Shown in pieces: positions 8,986 through 15,916 of a stretch of DNA of 24,000 nt. How positions within the stretch are numbered: the first letter of the stretch is position 1; each line of letters begins with the position of its first letter. The translations under genes and the position numbers were made by a program. This stretch comes from an uncultured Pelotomaculum sp. (GTDB taxonomy: Bacteria; Bacillota; Desulfotomaculia; Desulfotomaculales; Pelotomaculaceae). The notes under the pieces were generated by a model that saw only the letters and a list, made by a program, of their open reading frames with translations, was not told the origin of the DNA and did not search any database. The stretch covers positions 29,088 to 53,087 of the forward strand of contig CAZLAK010000004.1 of assembly GCA_964557545.1 (NCBI GenBank), written 5' to 3'.

Positions 8986-9017
8986 GGCGGCACAACCAGG
9001 TGCCGCCTGTTGTCTTT
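8986..9017 (+). terminator. Rho-independent terminator after the arsR unit
   Basis: GGCGGCAC-AACCAG-GTGCCGCC, an 8-bp perfect stem, followed by TGTTGTCTTT. Confidence 0.75.
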
Positions 9018-9122
9018 AGGCAGTTCAGCTATTTGCTCAAAGATATAAACTTTTATTTTACTATCTGCTGCATTTTATTAAAAAATTATATTAAATATAT
9101 CAGGTTTTTTTATTTTTTTCAG

Positions 9123-9131
9123 TGGTAAAAT
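9123..9131 (+). promoter_or_regulatory. Extended -10 element (TGgTAAAAT) of the selD promoter
   Basis: TGGTAAAAT at 9123-9131, preceded by a T-rich tract. It lies about 95 nt upstream of the selD start. Confidence 0.5.
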
Positions 9132-9162
9132 ATACTCGGTGCGCAGCGCAACACGCCGGTGC

Positions 9163-9178
9163 TCTGTAATATTACAGA
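9163..9178. promoter_or_regulatory. 16-bp perfect palindrome TCTGTAATATTACAGA in the selD leader (candidate operator)
   Basis: The sequence is identical to its reverse complement. It lies between the putative -10 and the selD RBS. Confidence 0.45.
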
Positions 9179-9223
9179 CCTGGCGGGTGATTTTGATTAC
9201 CTGCACACGGGAGGTTGGCAGTG

Positions 9224-10264
9224 ATGAGCAAGTCCGAAAGAAAGCTTACGGCTATGAGCAGGCACTCCGGGTGAGCGGCCAAAATAGGGCCGGAGGCCCT
9301 ATCCAACATTTTAAAAGCCCTGCCATCATTGACGGACGAAAGGCTTTTAGTCGGCCCGGATACTTCAGACGACGCTGCCGTTTACAAGATTACTGACGAC
9401 TTGGCCCTCATTTTGACCATAGACTTTTTTACACCCGTAGTTGACGACCCTTACCTCTTCGGCCAGATTGCCGCTGCCAACGCTTTAAGCGATATTTACG
9501 CCATGGGCGGCAGACCCTTTTTGGCCCTCAACATTGCCTGCCTGCCGGCCTGTCTCTCCCCGGAGGAGGCGGCGGCCATCATCAGGGGCGGGGCCGACAA
9601 GGTAATAGAAGCGGGGGCTGTGATAGGCGGCGGCCACACGGTTATGGACGAAGAGCCCAAGTACGGTCTGGCGGTGGCCGGTTTTGTGCATCCCGCTGAA
9701 ATGCTGACCAACGCCGGCGCTCGGCCTGGCGACCTGCTGGTGCTCACCAAGCCGCTGGGCACGGGCATTGCCGTTACCGCTTATAAGGGCGGCTTGGCGG
9801 AAGAAGAGCTGGTGGAAGCCGCGGTTAAAGAGATGCGCACTCTCAACAGCGCTGCCGCGGCCTGCGCCGCAAAACACGGGGCAAGGGCCTGCACGGATAT
9901 AACGGGCTTCGGCTTTTTGGGGCACGCGGCCGAGATGGCGGCGGCGAGCGGGGTGACCCTGGAGATATTTTCTTCGAGAGTGCCGCTTTTGCCCGGAGTT
10001 TTAGATTTGGCGGACATGGGGCTTTTGCCGGCCGGCGCTTACGAAAACCGCCGCTTTTTGGAGGGCAAGGTGGATTTTGGCGAGGGCGTGCTCCGCGCTT
10101 TGCAGGACGTGCTCTTTGACCCGCAGACCTCAGGCGGGCTTTTAGTGGCCGCCGCTCCGGGACAGGCGGAAAAGATGCTGGAAGAGATGCGCGCTGCCGG
10201 CCTGACGGCGGCCGTTGTGGGAAGGGTGCTGCCTGCGGAAGGGCGCGCTATTGTAGTTTTGTAG
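9224..10264 (+). CDS. selD: Selenophosphate synthetase SelD (selenide, water dikinase), selenocysteine-containing (TGA at 9272-9274)
   Basis: The track ORF (9329-10264) is SelD-like (DDAAVYKI...DFFTPVVDDPY.FGQIAAANALSDIYAMGG...). Extending upstream in frame gives MSKSERKLTAMSRHSG-TGA-AAKIGPEALSNILKALPSL, the SelD glycine-rich active-site loop with TGA at the Cys/Sec position. GGGAGG RBS at 9209-9214. Confidence 0.88.
9275..9313 (+). promoter_or_regulatory. Putative bacterial SECIS hairpin downstream of the selD UGA
   Basis: ATAGGGCC (9284-9291) pairs perfectly with GGCCCTAT (9295-9302) around a G-rich apical loop. The hairpin starts 10 nt after the UGA. Confidence 0.6.
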
Positions 10265-10300
10265 TTATGTAATCATAACCAATATAAAAAGCTTGTTCGG

Positions 10301-10327
10301 ACGGCCGCCGGGGGCGGCCTTATTTTT
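10301..10327 (+). terminator. Rho-independent terminator after selD
   Basis: GGCCGCC-GGG-GGCGGCC (10303-10319) followed by TTATTTTT. Confidence 0.8.
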
Positions 10328-10525
10328 CGGGGCAACCGGTTTTAGTTTGCCTTCTCTGTATCCTGAATTTTTGTTTGAATACTTAAACGTGCTGTTGGTG
10401 TTAATAAGAATTTTTAATAACCCCAGGGCAGGTTTATTAAATAATCAAATAGCTGTAATAAAGGAATTTAATTATAAGCATTGAATAATATTTTTGCAAA
10501 AAGTTTAATGCGAGGTGGTTTTAGC

Positions 10526-11611
10526 TTGAAGGGGAAGAAAATTTTAATTGTGGCCAGCGGGACTGTTGTCGGTTTTCTAGGGGCCTGGCTGGCGGTAGCG
10601 GGCAACCCGCCTAACATGGGCATGTGCATTGCCTGCTTTCTGCGCGACATTACAGGGGGTCTGGGACTGCACAGGACGGCCACGCTGCAGTACGTAAGGC
10701 CGGAAATCTTAGGCCTGGTTTTGGGAGCATTTATTTCTGCGATCATAACGCGCGAGCACCGGCCGGTGGGCGGTTCCAGCCCGCTGGTAAGGTTTACGCT
10801 GGCTTTCTTTGGCATGATCGGCATGCTGGTTTTTCTGGGCTGTCCCCTGCGCACCCTCTTGCGCCTGGCAGGAGGAGACTTAAACGCCCTTGTCGGCCTG
10901 GTCGGGCTGGTTGCCGGGGTGCTTTTGGGCGTGGCCTTCTTTAGAGGCGGCTTTTCTCTGGGCCGGGCGGCGGCAACGGGCCGGGCGGGCGGCTACATCT
11001 TCCCGGCGGCCGCAGCACTGCTGCTCATCTTTCTCCTGGCCAAAGCTCCTTTTCTCTTTTTCAGCGAGCAGGGCCCCGGTTCCCAGCACGCCCCGCTCTT
11101 TATTTCGCTGGCAGCCGGCCTTTTAGTAGGTGTGCTGGCCCAGCGCTCGCGGCTCTGCATGGTCGGCGGCATAAGGGACTTGATCATGTTCGGCGAAAGC
11201 TACCTCTTAATGGGCTTTGGCTCCCTCTTTGTGGTGGCCCTCGTTGCCAATTTGGCCTTTGGCAAGTTTAATCTGGGCTTTGCCGGCCAGCCTCTTGCCC
11301 ACGCCGACGGCCTGTGGAACTTTTTGGGCATGGCTTTGGCCGGGCTTTGTTCCGTCCTCTTGGGAGGCTGCCCGCTGCGCCAGCTGATTTCCGCGGCCGA
11401 AGGCAACACTGACTCGGCAGTGACCGTATTTGGTTTTATTGCCGGGGCAGCTTTTGCCCACAACTTTGGCCTGGCCGCTTCGGCCAAAGGCGTGCCGGCG
11501 GCAGGCCAGATAGCCGTGATAATCGGCTTTGTTGCCGTAATTGCTATTGCTTTCGCCAGCAGCAAAATTTTAGAAAAGGGAGGGGTGGCCCGTGCCGGAA
11601 GCGGAAGTTAA
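10526..11611 (+). CDS. yedE: YedE-family putative selenium-metabolism membrane protein (sulfur/selenium transport-related)
   Basis: ...GNPPNMGMCIACFLRDITGGLGLH... and a second half with ...RSRLCMVGGIRD... match the YedE/YeeE two-repeat architecture. TTG at 10526 is 7 nt after GAGGTGG. ATG at 10508 and TTG at 10481 are alternative starts. Confidence 0.85.
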   Translation: MKGKKILIVASGTVVGFLGAWLAVAGNPPNMGMCIACFLRDITGGLGLHRTATLQYVRPEILGLVLGAFISAIITREHRPVGGSSPLVRFTLAFFGMIGMLVFLGCPLRTLLRLAGGDLNALVGLVGLVAGVLLGVAFFRGGFSLGRAAATGRAGGYIFPAAAALLLIFLLAKAPFLFFSEQGPGSQHAPLFISLAAGLLVGVLAQRSRLCMVGGIRDLIMFGESYLLMGFGSLFVVALVANLAFGKFNLGFAGQPLAHADGLWNFLGMALAGLCSVLLGGCPLRQLISAAEGNTDSAVTVFGFIAGAAFAHNFGLAASAKGVPAAGQIAVIIGFVAVIAIAFASSKILEKGGVARAGSGS

Positions 11612-11813
11612 GGACGCCCGCGGCATGCTCTGCCCGGAGCCGCTGCTCATAGCAAAAAGAGAAATGGAAAGGACTGGCTGCAGCACAGTGAAAATCCTGG
11701 TGGACAACGCTACGGCCAGGGAAAACATAACCAGACTGGCGGAGAGGATGAAGTGGTCAGTGAGGGCAGAGAGTGAAGGCAGCGATTTTCTTTTGATTCT
11801 GGAGAAAAAATAA
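11592..11813 (+). CDS. yedF: TusA/SirA-like sulfur(selenium)transferase, short YedF-type protein
   Basis: 73 aa. DARGMLCPEPLL is the CPxP active-site motif of the TusA/SirA family. The start overlaps the yedE 3' end by 20 nt. GGGAGGGG RBS upstream. Confidence 0.85.
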   Translation: MPEAEVKDARGMLCPEPLLIAKREMERTGCSTVKILVDNATARENITRLAERMKWSVRAESEGSDFLLILEKK

Positions 11814-11847
11814 AGCGGGATGCCGGGAGAATTTAATAGGCTTCTTT

Positions 11848-11880
11848 TAAAAACCGGGAGTTTTTGCTCCCGGTTGTGTT
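11848..11880. terminator. Bidirectional-looking terminator after yedF
   Basis: AACCGGGAG-TTTTTG-CTCCCGGTT, a 9-bp stem, flanked by an A-tract upstream and T/G-rich sequence downstream. Confidence 0.8.
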
Positions 11881-11947
11881 ATACTATTGACAAAGCGGCT
11901 ACCGTATGTGTATGAACAAAACGTGCGCGGTTGTCTATTTCCCATAA

Positions 11948-11978
11948 AATAACGGCTGGCTGAGGCCGTTTTTAATTT
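11948..11978. terminator. Second terminator-like hairpin in the yedF-MBL spacer
   Basis: AACGGC-TGGCTGAG-GCCGTT, flanked by ATAAAAT upstream and TTTAATTTT downstream. Confidence 0.45.
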
Positions 11979-12115
11979 TGATATTGGACAGTATTTATTG
12001 ACACAATTCAAACTTTTCAGATATTCTAAAGTTGGTATCTCAAAATGATTACTGCGCAGGGTGTTTGTTAAATTTGTAAAAGTTATTATTTTTTATGTGT
12101 GGGGAGGAATTAAGC

Positions 12116-13069
12116 GTGTCTTCTAAAATTGCTGACCTCGGGCATAACGTCTACCAGGTGGACATTCACGACCAAAAACAGCCCGGCATTACTTCCTGTT
12201 ACATCGTGGTGGCTGAGAAGGCGGCGCTCATAGAAACCGGCGCCTCGCCCGGTGCGCCGTACATATTAAATGCTCTGAATGAGATCGGCGTACCGCGCGA
12301 AAAAGTGGGCTACATCATCGGCACCCACATCCACTTAGACCACACGGGAGGCGCCGGCGTGCTGGCCAGAGAATTAAGAGATGCCGAGGTGTACGTCCAC
12401 CCGCGCGGCGCAAGGCACTTAATTGACCCTTCGCGTCTGGTCGCCGGCGCCAAAACCCTTTACGGCGATAAGTTTGACGAGCTCTTTGGCGAAATTGCGC
12501 CCGTTCCGGAAGACAGGGTTAAGACCCCCGGGGACGGTGAAACCATTGATTTGGGAGGCCGGGTGCTCACCGTATACCACTCGCCGGGACATGCCCGCCA
12601 CCACATGGTAATATACGACCCGGCCAGCAGCGGCCTCTTTGCTGGCGACGCTGTCGGCGTGCGCTTTGAGCGGGTGAGCGAGCTCTGCGGGCGGGAGATC
12701 ACCATGCCCACCACGCCGCCTTCGGAGTTTGACCCTCCGGCCATGATAGAGTCGTTAGAGCGCTTTAAAAAGCTCGGTTTAAAGAGGGTTTACTTCACCC
12801 ACTTCGGTATGTCGGAAAATGTGTCTTTTATCATTAACCGGCACGCCGAAATCGTGCGCGCTTACGAAGAACTGGGTAAAAAGTTCTTTATTGGCGGGGA
12901 GGGCACGGTGGCCGATTTAGAAGAACGCATTTGGGAGATGGTGATGGCCGGCATCGCACCAGCCGGTATAACCGGTAGACACCACCCGGATCTGGAATAC
13001 GTAGAGCTCAACGTCAAACTCAACGCCCTGGGAATTCAAAATTACTTCGAGCGGTTGAAAAAGTCTTAA
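12116..13069 (+). CDS. MBL-fold metallo-hydrolase
   Basis: HIHLDHTGG (HxHxDH) motif plus downstream HSPGHARHH and FAGD. GTG at 12116 is about 9 nt after GGGGAGG. The track start ATG at 12095 lies upstream of that RBS. Confidence 0.85.
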   Translation: MSSKIADLGHNVYQVDIHDQKQPGITSCYIVVAEKAALIETGASPGAPYILNALNEIGVPREKVGYIIGTHIHLDHTGGAGVLARELRDAEVYVHPRGARHLIDPSRLVAGAKTLYGDKFDELFGEIAPVPEDRVKTPGDGETIDLGGRVLTVYHSPGHARHHMVIYDPASSGLFAGDAVGVRFERVSELCGREITMPTTPPSEFDPPAMIESLERFKKLGLKRVYFTHFGMSENVSFIINRHAEIVRAYEELGKKFFIGGEGTVADLEERIWEMVMAGIAPAGITGRHHPDLEYVELNVKLNALGIQNYFERLKKS

Positions 13070-13095
13070 TGCGGGCAGAGGGGATCAAATTCCAT

Positions 13096-13124
13096 TTGTT
13101 TCTTTACTCAAGAAGTAATATAAT
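13096..13124 (+). promoter_or_regulatory. Candidate promoter upstream of the two-component operon (TTGTTT-17 nt-TATAAT)
   Basis: TTGTTT at 13096-13101 and TATAAT at 13119-13124. Confidence 0.45.
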
Positions 13125-13140
13125 TTTAGAAAGAGAAAGC

Positions 13141-13167
13141 AATTGTGCGAATTTTGCAATAATTGTG
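13141..13167 (+). repeat. Direct repeat AATTGTG x2 with 20-bp periodicity
   Basis: AATTGTG at 13141-13147 and 13161-13167, with GCAAT recurring at 13139 and 13156. It lies in the leader of the LytS-like/LytTR operon. Confidence 0.35.
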
Positions 13168-13193
13168 GACTAATTAGACTACCGTCGGATTTA

Positions 13194-13222
13194 GCGGTTA
13201 TTTTGTCGGGGTAACCGTTTTT
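13194..13222 (+). terminator. Terminator/attenuator-like hairpin immediately upstream of the kinase RBS
   Basis: GCGGTTA (13194-13200) pairs with TAACCGT (13212-13218) across an 11-nt loop. The T-run at 13218-13222 partly overlaps the 3' arm. Confidence 0.35.
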
Positions 13223-13250
13223 CTCCTTTCCCAATGGGGGTAGGTTGTTT

Positions 13251-14585
13251 ATGGATACACTGAACAGCATGGTGGCCGGTGCGCTTTTGCGCTGGGTGCT
13301 GGTACAGGCGCTGGCGGTATCTGTGCTGGCGGCGTTCTCTCCAGGTCTGTGGTGGGTAATAGGCGGTATGCTGGCGGCTAACGCAGTGGGAACTTGCCTG
13401 GTGGTCGATATTATCAAAAGGCACCGTGGGATCAAGGTTAAGCTGGACGACCACCCCATAGACCCCACCCTCCAGATAGCCAACGAGACGCTGCCTTACT
13501 TAAGGCGCGGCCTCAACGAGGAGACGGCCCAGAAGACGGCAGAAATTATTTTAAAAATAAGCGAAGTGTCGGCAGTGGCCATAACCGACCGGGAAAAGGT
13601 TCTGGCCTACATCGGTGAGGGCTCCGACCACCACCAGGCCGGCGGGCCGATTGTCACTTACGCCACCAAGCAGGCCATCAGCACCGGCGAACTGATCATA
13701 GTCAAGGACAAAAAGGGGTTGAACTGTCCGGAAAAGGGCTGTCCCCTGCAGTCCGCCGTTATTGCCCCTTTAAAGTGCCGGGGCGAGGTAGCCGGCACTG
13801 TAAAGATATACCAGACAAGTCAGGGAGAACTGCAGCCCGGCGTGGTAAAGCTGGCCATGGCGGTGGCCCAGCTTTTGGGCATGCAGATGGAGCTGGCCGA
13901 ACTGGACCGGCAGGCCCAGCTGGTCACCAAGGCCGAACTGGACGCCCTGCAAGCCCAGATCAACCCCCATTTTTTGTTCAATACCTTAAATACCATCATT
14001 ACCTACATACGCACCCACCCGGAAACGGCGCGCCGGCTTTTAATACGGCTGGCTTCTTTCTTCCGCCAGGCCTTAAAAAGGCACGGGCACTTCAATACTC
14101 TGCGGGAGGAAATCGAGTACGTCAACACCTACCTGATCTTAGAAAAAGCGCGCTTTCGCGAAAAACTAAAGGTGCAGCGCAACATCGACCCCTCGCTTTT
14201 GGACTGCCAGGTGCCCGTGCTCACCCTCCAGCCGCTGGTGGAAAATGCCGTTAAACACGGGATCCAGCCCAAAGTGGGCCCCGGTACGGTACAAATCACG
14301 GCACAGCGCCGGGACGGGGAAATCCTCTTTATCATCAAAGACGACGGGGTCGGCATTGACCGGGAAAAGATGCCCAAGGTGCTTTTGCCGTGGTACGGCT
14401 CGGGCAACGGCGTGGGCTTAAGCAATGTGCACGAGCGCTTAAAGAGCCTTTACGGTGAAGATTACGGCCTGCGCATTGTCAGTGAACCCGGTGCGGGGAC
14501 ATCGGTGTACGTGAAAGTGCCGCTGGTAAAGGGCGCCGCTGAGTGGGGGGGAGAAACTCGTGAAGCTGAAAGCGCTTATTGTTGA
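13251..14585 (+). CDS. LytS/YehU-family sensor histidine kinase (2 TM + GAF-like + His_kinase + HATPase_c)
   Basis: ...LQAQINPHFLFNTLNTI... is the PF06580 motif. ...ENAVKHG..., ...DDGVGI... and ...GNGVGLSNV... are the ATPase N, G1 and G2 boxes. A LytS-type GAF segment is present (AVAITDREKVLAYIGEGSDHH...CPLQSAVIAPL). ATG at 13251 follows GGGGGTAGG. Confidence 0.88.
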   Translation: MDTLNSMVAGALLRWVLVQALAVSVLAAFSPGLWWVIGGMLAANAVGTCLVVDIIKRHRGIKVKLDDHPIDPTLQIANETLPYLRRGLNEETAQKTAEIILKISEVSAVAITDREKVLAYIGEGSDHHQAGGPIVTYATKQAISTGELIIVKDKKGLNCPEKGCPLQSAVIAPLKCRGEVAGTVKIYQTSQGELQPGVVKLAMAVAQLLGMQMELAELDRQAQLVTKAELDALQAQINPHFLFNTLNTIITYIRTHPETARRLLIRLASFFRQALKRHGHFNTLREEIEYVNTYLILEKARFREKLKVQRNIDPSLLDCQVPVLTLQPLVENAVKHGIQPKVGPGTVQITAQRRDGEILFIIKDDGVGIDREKMPKVLLPWYGSGNGVGLSNVHERLKSLYGEDYGLRIVSEPGAGTSVYVKVPLVKGAAEWGGETREAESAYC

Positions 14586-15339
14586 CGACGAGTACCCGGC
14601 ACGCCAGGAACTGAGGTACGCTTTGGAAGGGATTGAAGAAATTGAGATCGTGGGGGAGGCCGCCAATGCCCAGGAGGCCCTGGCGCTGATCCGGGCGCTG
14701 GACTACCAGGTACTGTTTTTAGATATTTCCATGCCCGGCATGAGCGGGCTGGAACTGGGAGCCGCCATCCAGGAACTGCCCCAAAAACCTTACATTATTT
14801 TTATCACCGCCTACGACGAGTACGCCGTTTCTGCCTTTGAAGTCAATGCCGTGGACTATATTTTAAAACCAGTAGAACCTAAGCGGCTCAAGAAGGCCGT
14901 CGATAAGGTGGTGCGGCTTCTTAAGGAGCCCGCGTCTTCCGGGGGAAACGGCGGCCCTGCCGGCAAAGCAGCGGTAGCAGCGGCAGAAGTTTTCGGCCAG
15001 TTCCGCCTCGACCGCATCCCGGCCGAAAAAAACGGCAAAACCGTCTTAGTCAATGAGGCGGACATTGTTTACGCTTTTACCGAAATGGACAGCGTTTATA
15101 TAAAGACTTACGCCGATAAGCTGGTCACGCGCTATACTTTAAAAGATCTAGCTGCCCGCTTAAACCCTCAGGTTTTTTTTCGCACACACCGCTGTTACGT
15201 CGTGAACTTGCGCAAAGTCAAAGAAATTATTCCGTTTTTTAACGGCACGCTAAACCTGGTAGTAGAGGATAAAGAGCACAGCGAGGTGCCGGTTAGCCGG
15301 GCTCAGGCCAAGAAACTGAGGAAGATACTGGGCATATAG
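14560..15339 (+). CDS. LytTR-family response regulator (REC + LytTR DNA-binding domain)
   Basis: ALIVDDE...LFLDISMPGMSGLE... is the receiver domain. ...FFRTHRCYVVNLRKVKEI... is the LytTR domain. The GTG start overlaps the kinase 3' end by 26 nt. Confidence 0.92.
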   Translation: MKLKALIVDDEYPARQELRYALEGIEEIEIVGEAANAQEALALIRALDYQVLFLDISMPGMSGLELGAAIQELPQKPYIIFITAYDEYAVSAFEVNAVDYILKPVEPKRLKKAVDKVVRLLKEPASSGGNGGPAGKAAVAAAEVFGQFRLDRIPAEKNGKTVLVNEADIVYAFTEMDSVYIKTYADKLVTRYTLKDLAARLNPQVFFRTHRCYVVNLRKVKEIIPFFNGTLNLVVEDKEHSEVPVSRAQAKKLRKILGI

Positions 15340-15347
15340 CGCAGTGC

Positions 15348-15380
15348 GGTGCGGCCACAAAGCCGCACCTTTAAATTTTA
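15348..15380 (+). terminator. Rho-independent terminator after the response regulator
   Basis: GGTGCGGC-CACAAA-GCCGCACC followed by TTTAAATTTTA. Confidence 0.85.
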
Positions 15381-15471
15381 ATTTAATTGCGGCGGGTGAA
15401 GGTTTTTTTATTTTTTTTAGAGAAGAATAAATTAATGCAGGTAAAAAGCGGTTGCAACGGGGGAAATTTTA

Positions 15472-15882
15472 GTGCTGTCAGCGGATGCGGGTGAAAAGGT
15501 TGTTGGCGTCGGCGCCGACATTGTTTGTGTAGAGAGGATCGAGCGTCTGGCTGTCAAAAGAGGCGGCCGGGCGCTGGAGCGGCTGTTTACGCCGGGCGAG
15601 AGATCGTACTGCGAGGCTCAAAAAAGGCGTTACGCTTCTTACGCGGCCCGCTTTGCCGCCAAGGAAGCCGTGGCCAAGGCGCTGGGCAGCGGGTTTAGGG
15701 GCTTTTTTTTCCGGGACGTGGAAATTGTAAGTGCGGCCGGCGGCCGCCCGGAGGTGGTTTTGCACAAAGGGGCGGCTCGCGCCGCGGCTGGCCGGGGAGT
15801 GGCAAAAGTGCTTGTGAGCCTGTCGCACGACGGGGCGTATGCCCTGGCTTTGGCTGTGGCCTTGGCAAGGGCGGACAACTGA
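15472..15882 (+). CDS. acpS: Holo-[acyl-carrier-protein] synthase (4'-phosphopantetheinyl transferase)
   Basis: VVGVGADIVCVERIE...FAAKEAVAKALG...SLSHDG matches the AcpS pattern. GGGGGA RBS upstream. Confidence 0.88.
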   Translation: MLSADAGEKVVGVGADIVCVERIERLAVKRGGRALERLFTPGERSYCEAQKRRYASYAARFAAKEAVAKALGSGFRGFFFRDVEIVSAAGGRPEVVLHKGAARAAAGRGVAKVLVSLSHDGAYALALAVALARADN

Positions 15883-15916
15883 GAGAAAACCAGCCTTAAG
15901 GGGTGAGACGGAGCAA

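Noticed and set aside
9139-9396. 85-aa ORF over the selD 5' region.
   Set aside because: It is in a different frame from the SelD N-terminal extension, which has the conserved active-site loop and an RBS.
10293-10484. 63-aa ORF between selD and yedE.
   Set aside because: It runs through the selD terminator hairpin and the AT-rich promoter region, and it has no RBS.
11880-11975. 32-aa minus-strand ORF (MGNRQPRTFCSYTYGSRFVNSITQPGAKTPGF) in the yedF-MBL spacer.
   Set aside because: It has no RBS and runs through the yedF terminator hairpin, so it is most likely fortuitous.
15839-15916. Long N-terminal extensions of nnr (from 15839) and argJ (from 19626) in the ORF track.
   Set aside because: The extensions overlap the preceding genes (acpS, argC) and have non-protein-like composition. 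Internal starts with good RBSs give canonical N-termini.
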